A DNA stretch of 64,000 nucleotides. Origin: a virus. Shown in pieces: positions 31,414 to 40,900 of the stretch (the first letter of the stretch is position 1; the number at the start of each line of letters is the position of its first letter). The stretch lies in IMG/VR virus record IMGVR_UViG_3300035180_002574, positions 32,001-96,000 of that record. The stretch is one strand, 5' to 3'. The notes under the pieces were generated by a model. The model was not told the DNA's origin. It saw only the letters and a program-made list of their open reading frames with translations, and made no database searches. Position numbers and translations under genes: made by a program.

Positions 31414-31456
31414 AATTCACCCATGAGAATTAAGTCCTGTACTTAAGATAAAATGT

Positions 31457-32086
31457 TTATATTTTAATGTGATCTTTCATTAATGAAAGGGCACTATTAA
31501 TAACCTTCACGCAATGAGGTCTCGATATGTTTAGCTTCTTACAGATTTTGTTTATGGACATCGGTTTGTCACCATCAAACCCATAAGCTAATTCAATAAT
31601 TTCTTTCTGCTCATCAGAAAGTAAAGCAGTTACGTTTTGTATTGCCGCATTAACTTGCACATCTTCCAATTCGAGATCAGGGCAATGCCTCTCCTCAATC
31701 AAAGTGGGCATAACTGCTTCTTTATGTGGAGCGTTATTTTTTGCCACTTTTAATGGATATCTAATTGTTGTATGTAAATTGGCACTTCTAGAGATTCTCG
31801 TATCAATATACTTGTGAGCCCACCAGAAGAAAGACCCCTTCTTTGGGTTGTAGTTTGCCATAGCCTTAATAAGGGCTTCAAAGCCCTCTTGATTCAAGTC
31901 GTCATAGTTAGAGAAGGCTTTATAACGACCAGTCTTCATACTTACTAGGTATTTGAATTTTTCAATGCACAACTGTTCGTGTTTCTTTAATTCAAGCGCA
32001 ATTTTGTCGTTGCATTTTTTCTTATTGAAATCTCTCAATTCAATAAGTTTAATCATTAATTCTTGTGCTTCTTGTTCTGTTAACAT
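31457..32086 (-). CDS. Phage sigma-70-family factor
   Basis: Region 2 DDLNQEGFEALIKA..NY.PKKG.F..WA..YI; region 4 LSDEQKEIIELAYG..MSINKICKKLNIS. Confidence 0.85.
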   Translation of the reverse strand: MLTEQEAQELMIKLIELRDFNKKKCNDKIALELKKHEQLCIEKFKYLVSMKTGRYKAFSNYDDLNQEGFEALIKAMANYNPKKGSFFWWAHKYIDTRISRSANLHTTIRYPLKVAKNNAPHKEAVMPTLIEERHCPDLELEDVQVNAAIQNVTALLSDEQKEIIELAYGFDGDKPMSINKICKKLNISRPHCVKVINSALSLMKDHIKI

Positions 32087-32153
32087 CTATTCTTTCCTCT
32101 AATTGAAGTAAAGGATATACTTAATTATTGATACTCAGTTTTGCGGCGAAATG

Positions 32154-32309
32154 TTACTTGTTTATCTCTTCTTCAAGGAGTTCAATCACCGATTCAATGG
32201 TTGATTTAGTAATCTCTGGGTCATCAAGAGACAAGATAAATTTTAGAAGCCCCACAACTTTCTGGAGCTTCTGATTGCGTTCGCTTTGTTTGCTGGCTTT
32301 CTTCGCCAT
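32154..32309 (-). CDS. Small hypothetical protein (51 aa), not in the ORF track
   Basis: MAKKASKQSERNQKLQKVVGLLKFILSLDDPEITKSTIESVIELLEEEINK*, TAATG overlap with the upstream gene. Confidence 0.6.
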   Translation of the reverse strand: MAKKASKQSERNQKLQKVVGLLKFILSLDDPEITKSTIESVIELLEEEINK

Positions 32310-32500
32310 TACGAATATCCCTCACGAGCCCAACCGCCGCCAGTTAATATAAAAGCCCCATTAGATGCAATCAATCTGGTTACTTTTTTTGGCACCAAAC
32401 CCTCTTCCTTGCATTTTGGACATTCTTCTAATTGTTCTGACATAGAGTGAATTTCTTCAAATTCGCCATGCAATTCACAATGATAAACATACGTCGGCAT
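32309..32500 (-). CDS. FmdB-family zinc-ribbon protein
   Basis: MPTYVYHC..HG.FE...CPKC...RLI...F..TGGGW. Confidence 0.8.
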   Translation of the reverse strand: MPTYVYHCELHGEFEEIHSMSEQLEECPKCKEEGLVPKKVTRLIASNGAFILTGGGWAREGYS

Positions 32501-32534
32501 TTTTCCTCAAATAAGGTAGCAATATCCACTGTTT

Positions 32535-32562
32535 AAGATAATTACGAAACTTTGTGTGTCAA
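32535..32562 (-). promoter_or_regulatory. Sigma-70-like promoter TTGACA-N16-TATCTT
   Basis: Read on the minus strand upstream of ATG 32500. Confidence 0.5.
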
Positions 32563-32572
32563 TGATGGATTA

Positions 32573-32881
32573 TTATCTTTTTTTTCTACGATCCATACGC
32601 GTCTGTAAATCGTGATAACGAGACTCTCCTAACATATTAGCATACACCTTGTCAGATTTTTGCATATCCTTTTTTAATTGCTGAGTGTCTGATTTAACCT
32701 TATCAATGAGTTCCTGTCCGGTTAACTCTACTGTACCGGGAGTAGCACAACTAATTAATCTTTTCACTTCTGTGTCATTGCCGTCCTCTTTGCATTTTGG
32801 ACAATGAGTTAAAACAGTAGTAATTGAATGTACTTCTTCAAACTCACCGTGGACTGGACATAAATAATCATACGTTGGCAT
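32573..32881 (-). CDS. FmdB-family zinc-ribbon protein with C-terminal extension
   Basis: MPTYDYLCPVHGEFEEVH...HCPKC. Confidence 0.8.
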   Translation of the reverse strand: MPTYDYLCPVHGEFEEVHSITTVLTHCPKCKEDGNDTEVKRLISCATPGTVELTGQELIDKVKSDTQQLKKDMQKSDKVYANMLGESRYHDLQTRMDRRKKR

Positions 32882-33213
32882 TATTTGTTGCTCCTAATAA
32901 AATCATCTTCATTATCAGAAAATTGTATATCTCCAAAATCAACGGACTTATCTACATAGATCTTTATGCCTCTATAAGTGTCAAAATATCCCTTAGATAA
33001 ATCTTTGAAATTGTTAGTGAAAATAAAGCCTATATCTGTATCTTCATTGCAGGAAGATAATAGGTGAGAGAAATCTAACAAACTAATGCGAACATATTTG
33101 CTTTTATTTTCAAAAGACTGAAAAAACTCTTGCTTAGTAAAATAAATTTTATTCCATGCTTCTTGATACTCGTCACAGGAAATTTTCTTATTCCAAATAT
33201 TATTGTGCTTCAT
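32881..33213 (-). CDS. Hypothetical protein
   Basis: 110 aa; C-terminal TYRGIKIYVD resembles TYKNVKLYVT in the next gene. Confidence 0.65.
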   Translation of the reverse strand: MKHNNIWNKKISCDEYQEAWNKIYFTKQEFFQSFENKSKYVRISLLDFSHLLSSCNEDTDIGFIFTNNFKDLSKGYFDTYRGIKIYVDKSVDFGDIQFSDNEDDFIRSNK

Positions 33214-33413
33214 TTCACGAAACCATATTCTTTCATAACTCCATCTTCATTTTCAGCAAAACTATATTGCCCGGGAGCCAAATATCTGGTAACATACAAT
33301 TTAACATTTTTATATGTCGAATAATGTCCGGTAAGGAGAATTGTCCTATCAGTCACATACTCCGTATCATCGCTTTTGATTTCCCTCAAGAAATCTTCCT
33401 TGAGAAGATCCAT
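33210..33413 (-). CDS. Hypothetical protein
   Basis: 67 aa, overlapping stop/start. Confidence 0.6.
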   Translation of the reverse strand: MDLLKEDFLREIKSDDTEYVTDRTILLTGHYSTYKNVKLYVTRYLAPGQYSFAENEDGVMKEYGFVK

Positions 33414-33474
33414 TCAATCAGATATTGGCATTCAAATAATCGAACTACCAACACAGATTTTGTCTAATAATATT

Positions 33475-33660
33475 TTATTCATTGTCTTCCTTAATTAAAT
33501 GTTTATCTTTTATAACAAATTCTATATCTTTTGTCCAATCATTTTTAATTGATTGTTTATATTTCTCGTTAGTAATTTCAAATACAAGAAATAGTCTACC
33601 ATCTTTTTCGTGGTACTCGATTCTAACTGCCTCGCCAACTATTTCTTCATAATTTTTCAT
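33475..33660 (-). CDS. Hypothetical protein
   Basis: 61 aa with RBS-like GGAG upstream. Confidence 0.65.
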   Translation of the reverse strand: MKNYEEIVGEAVRIEYHEKDGRLFLVFEITNEKYKQSIKNDWTKDIEFVIKDKHLIKEDNE

Positions 33661-33676
33661 GACGGAGACTTCCTTA

Positions 33677-35086
33677 TTATACGTCTAATAATTCAATCTT
33701 CTGAGAAATATCATCCGGGTCTCTCATGGTAAATTCTGTCTGATCTTCTTCAACACTATTATCTAGTAAAGTTCCACACGCTAGATTCTTAATCAGGGTT
33801 CCCTTAACCAATTCACCATCACGATTCTTAATAAGATGATAAATCATGTCGGGATAATTCTTCTCATTTGGTCTGGTTTCAATTTGAATTGCAATATTTG
33901 CATTCTGTAAAATCAACGCTGAACGACCCACTCGATGCATGCCAATTCTATCTTCTGGTTCTTTGCTTTTGGCTCGGTTTAACTGAACCGCACTCAATAC
34001 CGTGCAATTGTGTACACGAGAAAATTCGTGCATCTTTTCAGAAATTTTGCCCAGTTTTAACCAGTCGTCCATGTCTCCCGTACCCTCATAGTCCATAAGA
34101 CCTAGATAGTCAATAACTACAACTTTAGGATCGTAGACCGACTTGACATCCTCATAGATCATCTCTAAGCTCTCCATGGTTGCCCCACGAGGAATATCTA
34201 CGATCTCAAACTGACTTGGATATCTATTAATAAACTTCAATGCTTTTTTTAACTTAAGAGCATCATCGTTATTCAGCTTAGCATTTCTAATCAATTTAGA
34301 TGGTGTGGAAGATAATCTTGCGAGCACACGATTTAAACAGGGTTTAAAAGGCATTTCCAAAGAGAAATATAGTACGTTCTCGCCCGGCGTAAAACCTTCT
34401 TCCATATCTATATTGTTTTGTTGAAGCCACATCTGAACAGCCATATTCATCAATAACATAGATTTACCAGAAGAAGACTCTCCGCCTATTAGAAGAAGTT
34501 CTCCGGGTCTCAAACCGTCCGTTGCGTTATCAAGAACTGAATATCTGGTTTGGATTCCTCGGTCGAAGGTTGGATTTTCCATCTTCGCATTGTATTCTTC
34601 TCGAAATTGAGGAATGGCGTCCTTCAAAGTTTTACGTTCAAATGTCTTTTTCTGACTTAAGCTTTTGATGCTTTGAACTGTACGATTGATATCGTTAAGC
34701 GTCTTACCAATATCGGCTCCTACCGGGTCAACTTTATTTAAGGAGTCTTTCATCTGAGACAATTGTCTCTCGGCGAAGCGCCTCTTAAACTTTTCTAGAT
34801 CATATTTATATTCTTTGTCATTATAGTTATGGGCTTCAAGCGCTTCCCATACTTTTTTAACATGTTCAATAAGCTTATCATTGCCGCCCTTAGATAACTT
34901 ATCGGAGATAACTCTAAGGGTTGGGAGTTCCTTATAGGTTTTTACATAGCCCACAATAAGTTTAGCAGCATTCCAAACTTCTGGAGAAAACAACCTATCA
35001 TCATACTCGTTGACAAACTCCACAGAATGTTTTTTGTTGCTGATAATTGTTTTAAGAATTGATAGGTCTAGCTCGTTAAAACTCAT
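33677..35086 (-). CDS. dnaB: DnaB-like replicative helicase
   Basis: Walker A GGESSSGKS, YFSLEM, VVIDYLGLM, AVQLNR, KNRDG. Confidence 0.9.
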   Translation of the reverse strand: MSFNELDLSILKTIISNKKHSVEFVNEYDDRLFSPEVWNAAKLIVGYVKTYKELPTLRVISDKLSKGGNDKLIEHVKKVWEALEAHNYNDKEYKYDLEKFKRRFAERQLSQMKDSLNKVDPVGADIGKTLNDINRTVQSIKSLSQKKTFERKTLKDAIPQFREEYNAKMENPTFDRGIQTRYSVLDNATDGLRPGELLLIGGESSSGKSMLLMNMAVQMWLQQNNIDMEEGFTPGENVLYFSLEMPFKPCLNRVLARLSSTPSKLIRNAKLNNDDALKLKKALKFINRYPSQFEIVDIPRGATMESLEMIYEDVKSVYDPKVVVIDYLGLMDYEGTGDMDDWLKLGKISEKMHEFSRVHNCTVLSAVQLNRAKSKEPEDRIGMHRVGRSALILQNANIAIQIETRPNEKNYPDMIYHLIKNRDGELVKGTLIKNLACGTLLDNSVEEDQTEFTMRDPDDISQKIELLDV

Positions 35087-35499
35087 AGAGATCCTTTGCG
35101 AAATGAGCCGACAGGCACTTTTGTCGTAACTTCTAAATCTATTGTTTGGGTTGTACCAGCGCGCATATTTTTTATATTTCTTTTCTCTTGAAATTCTTTT
35201 ATTGTTTCAATAACAGAAACGCTATCTTCATGTATATTAATGTCGGCAGATTTTGCTAACTCTGCAAATTGTAATGCTGACATTTGCGAAATTATCATAG
35301 CAGCCACAGTAAGTTCAGGGCATCCAGAACCCGTCTTAGTGAGCTGACCAACATCTCCGTCCTCTGTAATAAATTTGCAATCACAAGGCTGCTTAGTATA
35401 CGAACAATGATGGGCGGCTAATTTGCAAAGATTTCTTACTAATTGATTTTTGCCTACGCTATACACATTACGCCTTCTTCTTTCTAAAATCTTCTCCAA
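35083..35499 (-). CDS. Cys-rich hypothetical protein, probably metal-binding
   Basis: C....HHC...PCDCK...GSGCPE. Confidence 0.65.
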   Translation of the reverse strand: MEKILERRRRNVYSVGKNQLVRNLCKLAAHHCSYTKQPCDCKFITEDGDVGQLTKTGSGCPELTVAAMIISQMSALQFAELAKSADINIHEDSVSVIETIKEFQEKRNIKNMRAGTTQTIDLEVTTKVPVGSFRKGSL

Positions 35500-36172
35500 G
35501 AACCGGGAATATCTTTAAGTAACCGCGCATTAAACTGTCTACACTTGCCTTGAGAGGTCCATTGAAACTCTCGACAACATTTGGGCTGTTGGTACACATT
35601 AAAGTTGGGAGTTTGTTCTGGCTCCGAGTTCTAAAAACACTCTCCAAACTTCGGGCATACAAATCTGCCGCATTTTCTGATGGCATGAATCTTGGGTCAA
35701 ATTCATCAATAACCAAAAAATCTACCATCGCCAATTCTCTTTTGGCTAAGTATTTATCTTCACCATACCCACCCGTCATTACACTAACAATATCGCTTAA
35801 AGAAGTATAAAGGCAAGTAAATCCTTTTTGGCAAGCCTTCTTGAGAATGCAAGTAACCGTCATAGTTTTACCTAAACCATGACCTCCCGCAAAGCAAATA
35901 GAAGATCCTGTCACATATGATTGTTTAAGATCCGCAATATACTCTTTATACTTAGCCATAAGTCTTGGGTCTCCTTGAAAATCTTTTTCCATTTTCAAAG
36001 TCCAATATTCAAATGGAATATTGCTTTCAGCATATCTGTTCGCCGCAATTAGTTTATAATGTTTGGCTTCTTGTGTATCCTCGCTCCCCTCAATTGTAGA
36101 AATAAAATCCTGCAACTTTCTAGTTGGAATATTATTTAGTGCTCGGCTTCTTGAAAAGTCCCGGATATCCAT
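35468..36172 (-). CDS. DnaC/IstB-like AAA+ ATPase (helicase loader)
   Basis: FAGGHGLGKT (Walker A), FLVIDEF (Walker B), RSQNKLPTLMCTN; next to dnaB. Confidence 0.85.
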   Translation of the reverse strand: MDIRDFSRSRALNNIPTRKLQDFISTIEGSEDTQEAKHYKLIAANRYAESNIPFEYWTLKMEKDFQGDPRLMAKYKEYIADLKQSYVTGSSICFAGGHGLGKTMTVTCILKKACQKGFTCLYTSLSDIVSVMTGGYGEDKYLAKRELAMVDFLVIDEFDPRFMPSENAADLYARSLESVFRTRSQNKLPTLMCTNSPNVVESFNGPLKASVDSLMRGYLKIFPVLGEDFRKKKA

Positions 36173-36560
36173 ATTCTACCTTTCTTACGTCTCCGACCTC
36201 ATGGCTACGAAGTCTGTTAACTATATCTTCCCGTTCTCGCCTATTCAATTCCTGACGAAGCTCGGCTAACATTTTAATTCGATCGGGAGCATCACTGGGC
36301 AAATCAAACGTTTCTTCAATTTCGCTTTTGACTATCGGCTGAGGGCGGGGAACGCTTTTCTTCTCTTTAAGAATCTCTTGTCCGCTGAAAAATACTTTAA
36401 TAACAGAAATTTCTTCGGAAGGTCTTAAAATGATAACTTTACCTTTTTCATCTTTTCTTGAAAGAGTTAATCCAGAGCTATCAAGCTCCTCAACCACTCC
36501 AGATATTACCCAGCCATTCTTTAGCAGGCACTCAACATATTGCCCCTTTTCTATTTTCAT
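36132..36560 (-). CDS. Hypothetical protein with an N-terminal Sm/LSm-like motif
   Basis: GQYVECLLKNGWVISGVVEELDSSGLTL resembles the Sm1 pattern. Confidence 0.5.
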   Translation of the reverse strand: MKIEKGQYVECLLKNGWVISGVVEELDSSGLTLSRKDEKGKVIILRPSEEISVIKVFFSGQEILKEKKSVPRPQPIVKSEIEETFDLPSDAPDRIKMLAELRQELNRREREDIVNRLRSHEVGDVRKVEYGYPGLFKKPSTK

Positions 36561-37162
36561 ACAATCCTCTCCAGGACTTCTTTATCAAAACCTTCTTGTT
36601 CTGCTTTCCGAAAAGCTTCATTTAATGCTTCTGGCATATCGCTCATTTGTGACAGGAATGCTAGTTCGCCATAATTAGTAATGGTGACTCCAGCTTGTTG
36701 AAAAATAATTTTATATTTATCTGGCAACGGAGTTGATCTATCTACATTTAGATTCTTCTTGCCTTTTAATAGGACATTAATCTTATAGTCGTTTACTACT
36801 CCCTCGACCGTCATGAATGAAATTGAGGTTAATCTTCTTTTCGCCTTAATCACTTTGTTTTCATAAATCCATTCAATGTATTCTTTTAATATTTTAGGAT
36901 TAGCTGATAACATGGATGCCAGCTTTTTTATTTGAAAAACCTCAAATGATTTTGTTGGGGAAGGATTATTGAACTTGAATTGATACTTAACATTATATGT
37001 GTCATAGTATTTTTTACAAAAATATCCTAACAAGTGTGCAGGTCCCCATTTTTCAATTTCTAAAAAATTTATTTCTTCAAACTTATCAAAAAATTTTTTA
37101 TATTTTTCATTAGGCAAATCTGTTAATTTGCCACCCACATTATCATCTTTATTTTTAATCAT
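36557..37162 (-). CDS. Hypothetical protein in the replication block
   Basis: 201 aa, operon-packed. Confidence 0.75.
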   Translation of the reverse strand: MIKNKDDNVGGKLTDLPNEKYKKFFDKFEEINFLEIEKWGPAHLLGYFCKKYYDTYNVKYQFKFNNPSPTKSFEVFQIKKLASMLSANPKILKEYIEWIYENKVIKAKRRLTSISFMTVEGVVNDYKINVLLKGKKNLNVDRSTPLPDKYKIIFQQAGVTITNYGELAFLSQMSDMPEALNEAFRKAEQEGFDKEVLERIV

Positions 37163-37165
37163 AAA

Positions 37166-37969
37166 TCATCCCTTATGGCGAATTTTACATACACCATCTA
37201 AAATATTTTGTTTTGCAGATAATGGTCTCAGATTTTCTAAAGCCCAACAGTTTTTAAAACTATCATCATCTATAGAAGTATATTTGAAAGTTGAATGAGG
37301 GATGATATGATCTATCTGCCAAGTCCAAGTTGACTGATCATTATCATCCCATGATGAAATTTTATAAGAACCATAATTAAACCAATTCATCCATGGTTCA
37401 AATTGTTTTTCTAAATGAATTTTAAGATCTTCTATAGAATATGGAAGTGCAGAAATAATAGATTTATTATTTTTTGAACCATTATTTTCTTTTAAATGAA
37501 TACATATAGCAGTTGATAATCTGGATCGTAATTTGAATTTTGGATCTACTATTTTCCTAGCTTTAGAATAATTTTTCTGCTTAACACTAATAGTATTTTT
37601 ATTTTTAATTCTATATTCTTTGTAATATAATCTCATTTTTTCTTTATTATCATCTCTATATGATTGATAATATTCATTAAGCTTTTCTTTATTTGCTATT
37701 GCATATTTTCTATTTCGCTCATATTCTTTATCTTTATTATTTTCGTAATAAGATTTCCTATATTTACTTAAATTTTCTTTATTTTTTTTGTAATATTGTT
37801 TGGTATTATTTTTAATTTTAAGTACATTATCTTTTTTGTATTTATTAGTTCTTTCGCAATAGCATTTTTTACATGTTTTTTGCCTGCCGCCATCAGATCT
37901 TAAATAAAATTCAGAAATATCTTTTGACATTTTACATATTTTGCAATCTTGATTCATATTTAACCTCAA
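37166..37969 (-). CDS. HNH homing endonuclease
   Basis: N-terminal CKIC...CKKC, Lys/Tyr-rich repeats, WQIDHIIP...WALENLRPL...N. Confidence 0.85.
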   Translation of the reverse strand: MRLNMNQDCKICKMSKDISEFYLRSDGGRQKTCKKCYCERTNKYKKDNVLKIKNNTKQYYKKNKENLSKYRKSYYENNKDKEYERNRKYAIANKEKLNEYYQSYRDDNKEKMRLYYKEYRIKNKNTISVKQKNYSKARKIVDPKFKLRSRLSTAICIHLKENNGSKNNKSIISALPYSIEDLKIHLEKQFEPWMNWFNYGSYKISSWDDNDQSTWTWQIDHIIPHSTFKYTSIDDDSFKNCWALENLRPLSAKQNILDGVCKIRHKG

Positions 37970-37994
37970 GTTAAATGCAATAATATGTATAGGT

Positions 37995-39494
37995 TTACTT
38001 TTTTCTCCACTTAACTGATGATGGAAGTTTCACATCAAATCCGTCTTCAGAACTATAGATTTTATATCTAGTTTTAGAGTGCTCTAGCAAGAATGGAGCC
38101 TGATCTATAAAATCAACTACGACAGCATTTTTCTTTGATTCATATTTTCTAATAACTCTTCCAACTCTCTGCAATGCTTTTACGGTAGATTTTCCGCCAC
38201 AAGCAATTACTAATCCAGATAAGCTTGGGATATCTACTCCAATATCAAAAATTCTAGATGCTAATATGCAATCTATTTTATGGTCTAATAGGTCTTTCTT
38301 AACTTTTTCTCGTTCATCTTTATCATTTTTACCATCAAGGATGGCGCACTTCATATGTTGTTTAAAAGTATCGTATAAAATCTTTCCGTGTTTTAAGCTA
38401 TTGAATAGGACCAAGGTTTGATAACCTTTGTCAACCATAGTTTTGGCAGCATCTAAAACTAATCCATTACGTACATCATTCTCAACCACATACTTCTTGT
38501 ATATGGATGGATACGATTTTTCTAATTCATATGGATATGGTGGAACGACTCTGAACCTAATTAGAGGTTGAGCTAAAAATCCGCCTTTGATTAGGCGAGA
38601 TGCGGAAATGTTAACAATATATTTTCCCAAAATGGCTTCTATAAGAAGATCCGCGCCATCATCTCTCCAAGGGCTTCCGCTTAGTCCATATAAATGTTCG
38701 GCAGATGAATGTTTGAATATTTGTTGAATAGTTTCACAGGCAGACATGTGGCATTCATCAATGATGTGAACTTTAGCTTCCCTCATCATCTTATTAATGT
38801 CAGTGTATTTGTTCTTGTTTAATGATTCTTCGTCATCATCTCCATCTAATAGAATGGATTTCTTATCCATACCAATGGCTTGACCTATTGTCCAAATGCT
38901 AGCTATGTTGATATCATGTATCTCACATTTACCATCACCTATAATACCAATAGGCTCATCAAAAATTTCAGAAAAAAATTGATGAAACTGATACAATAAA
39001 TCCTTGCCAATAACATAAATAATTGTCTTTTTCCCAAATTTTGCGGCAATTAATGCCGCAATTAGTGACTTGCCTCCACCCGTAGCTACTTTAATAATTC
39101 CTCGATCATTTTTGTCAACCGCGTCTAAAGTTTCTAATTGGTAGGGGTACGGAGATTTGTTTAGCTTTTCTAATTTGGGCAATATATCTTTTGGATTTCC
39201 CGTAGATTTGGGGGATCTTTTATCTATAATTTCAAACTCTTTTCCTGCATCAGAATAAAATTCTTTTACCCTATCTAATAGTCCGGTAGCAAATTGGAGG
39301 GTTGGGGTAAGCAATTTTTTCATCCCATCCCATTTAACAAACTCTCCATCTCTATTAAAAAACCCCCTGTAAGCAGCGGTGTGTTCCGCTCCTTGAACTT
39401 TGAAGGAAAGATGTTTATCGAGCGCCAGGATATGATCTAAATCAGATTCTTCTGTAATTTGGCAATTGTTATTTCTAATCGTTATTTTTGTCAT
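37995..39494 (-). CDS. Superfamily II DNA helicase (UvsW/Rad25-like)
   Basis: PYPYQ, ATGGGKS, IIDECH, SGSP, GVDIPSL, QRVGRVIR. Confidence 0.9.
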   Translation of the reverse strand: MTKITIRNNNCQITEESDLDHILALDKHLSFKVQGAEHTAAYRGFFNRDGEFVKWDGMKKLLTPTLQFATGLLDRVKEFYSDAGKEFEIIDKRSPKSTGNPKDILPKLEKLNKSPYPYQLETLDAVDKNDRGIIKVATGGGKSLIAALIAAKFGKKTIIYVIGKDLLYQFHQFFSEIFDEPIGIIGDGKCEIHDINIASIWTIGQAIGMDKKSILLDGDDDEESLNKNKYTDINKMMREAKVHIIDECHMSACETIQQIFKHSSAEHLYGLSGSPWRDDGADLLIEAILGKYIVNISASRLIKGGFLAQPLIRFRVVPPYPYELEKSYPSIYKKYVVENDVRNGLVLDAAKTMVDKGYQTLVLFNSLKHGKILYDTFKQHMKCAILDGKNDKDEREKVKKDLLDHKIDCILASRIFDIGVDIPSLSGLVIACGGKSTVKALQRVGRVIRKYESKKNAVVVDFIDQAPFLLEHSKTRYKIYSSEDGFDVKLPSSVKWRKK

Positions 39495-39502
39495 GATAAA
39501 GT

Positions 39503-39542
39503 AGTACCGGATTAATATACCTTTACGTATATATCCGGTACT
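39503..39542. promoter_or_regulatory. 10-bp inverted repeat AGTACCGGAT-N20-ATCCGGTACT between the GH25 and helicase genes
   Basis: Read directly; may be a terminator, operator or hairpin around a -10-like GTATAT. Confidence 0.45.
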
Positions 39543-39565
39543 CTTTTCTCGACATTTTTTAATGA

Positions 39566-40279
39566 TTATGGCTGGGCGACAATCGATGCAATTGCGCTTG
39601 CTAAAGCGTTATCCTGACCCGAATGTAGGTTAAGAATCAATGTAGTAAGATCATTAGAAGAGCCTCTAAATACGTTATGATCCACAACACACTTGATGCC
39701 CGGAACATGATATAAAGATCCGCCTGGGGCAGCAACGTCTCCGGACTTTTGCCAAATTAACCAACCGCTTCCTTTCCAAATGGTTGGAACAAAATTATCA
39801 GGATTAGTTACATATCCTGCCAGCCATAAAGGATACTTTTGTAATGTGGCGGTTACGGTGGGATCTACCTTACCAGCATATTGATTAAAGAAAGGTCCTC
39901 CCGTGTAAACGAAAGGAATCTTTCCAGACCTATTCTCTACCGTTTGTAACCAGGTCAAAACCCACTTAACAAATACCGCTCCAGAAAGAGTTGATTGCTC
40001 AATGTCTAAGGCTAAGAAATCAAATGGAGTTAATTGCCCTACCATATCTAAAAAGAAGTTGGCTTCTTTAACTGGGTCGTTTTGAGTTAATCCATAATGA
40101 TATGTCCCGCGAATTAGTCCGGCATCTTTAATGCCGTTCCAATTATTATGAAACTGAGAGTCAACAATATTCAATCCTTGCGTAGCTTTTGCCGCCGCAA
40201 AACTAACTTGATTAGAAGCAGCCACTGCCTTCCAATCTACTAACCCTTGTGGATATGCAACATCAATCCCATCAATCAT
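39566..40279 (-). CDS. GH25 lysozyme (endolysin-like muramidase)
   Basis: GIDVA, KATQG, GTYHY, ALDIE, LWLAGY, WQKS, VDHN; start MIDGID with GAGG RBS. Confidence 0.92.
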   Translation of the reverse strand: MIDGIDVAYPQGLVDWKAVAASNQVSFAAAKATQGLNIVDSQFHNNWNGIKDAGLIRGTYHYGLTQNDPVKEANFFLDMVGQLTPFDFLALDIEQSTLSGAVFVKWVLTWLQTVENRSGKIPFVYTGGPFFNQYAGKVDPTVTATLQKYPLWLAGYVTNPDNFVPTIWKGSGWLIWQKSGDVAAPGGSLYHVPGIKCVVDHNVFRGSSNDLTTLILNLHSGQDNALASAIASIVAQP

Positions 40280-40344
40280 GCTTCCTCGTCTTCTTTGAAC
40301 CAAAAACTTTGTATGTCAGAGATTTTAAAATAATGGAGTTTTGC

Positions 40345-40485
40345 TCACTTATCACCAAGGATTAGCCAGGTACAACTATCAGCAGTTCCAACAATGGTTC
40401 CTGGATGCACAGTATGGCTTCCAACCATTACTAAGCACACTTCTTTTCCTTTTAAATCTACGTCATGCCAAAAATTAAATTTCAT
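40345..40485 (-). CDS. Small hypothetical protein (46 aa), not in the ORF track
   Basis: MKFNFWHDVDLKGKEVCLVMVGSHTVHPGTIVGTADSCTWLILGDK*; fills the gap. Confidence 0.5.
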   Translation of the reverse strand: MKFNFWHDVDLKGKEVCLVMVGSHTVHPGTIVGTADSCTWLILGDK

Positions 40486-40495
40486 AGTTCTAATC

Positions 40496-40900
40496 TTACT
40501 TATAGTTTATTTTACACCTGCGATTAATGCCTTCTGGTTTTTGATCGTTAGATGATTTGAATGCCCATGTTTTGCCACGGCTTCTCAAACATTTAGGACA
40601 TAAGGTAATGCACATTTCATCAGAGAAATATTCGCCATCTGATTTTTCATTTTTATGAAAGCGCACGTTTGTTGAATATATTCTCTGCCTGGTTCTAAAA
40701 ATGTTATTACCCGGAATAGATGACATCATAGATGATGATGCGAAAGATCTAATTCTACGGCGCCGCGGCGCCATTTTGTATGTCCAGAAAAACATTCGAG
40801 TGATCGTGGATCCAGATAATTGTATCTTAGATCCGCATAACGGACACCTAGATTTTGCACCAAAAGTTGAAGATAATGTTATTTCTGTTTTACTTGTCAT
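40496..40900 (-). CDS. Hypothetical protein with CxxC pairs
   Basis: RCPLCG ... LCPKC. Confidence 0.65.
   Translation of the reverse strand: MTSKTEITLSSTFGAKSRCPLCGSKIQLSGSTITRMFFWTYKMAPRRRRIRSFASSSMMSSIPGNNIFRTRQRIYSTNVRFHKNEKSDGEYFSDEMCITLCPKCLRSRGKTWAFKSSNDQKPEGINRRCKINYK

Noticed and set aside
28888-35086. Inteins or introns in nrdJ or dnaB, which are common insertion sites
   Set aside because: Both have normal length and contiguous motifs, with no C/S...HN splice signatures
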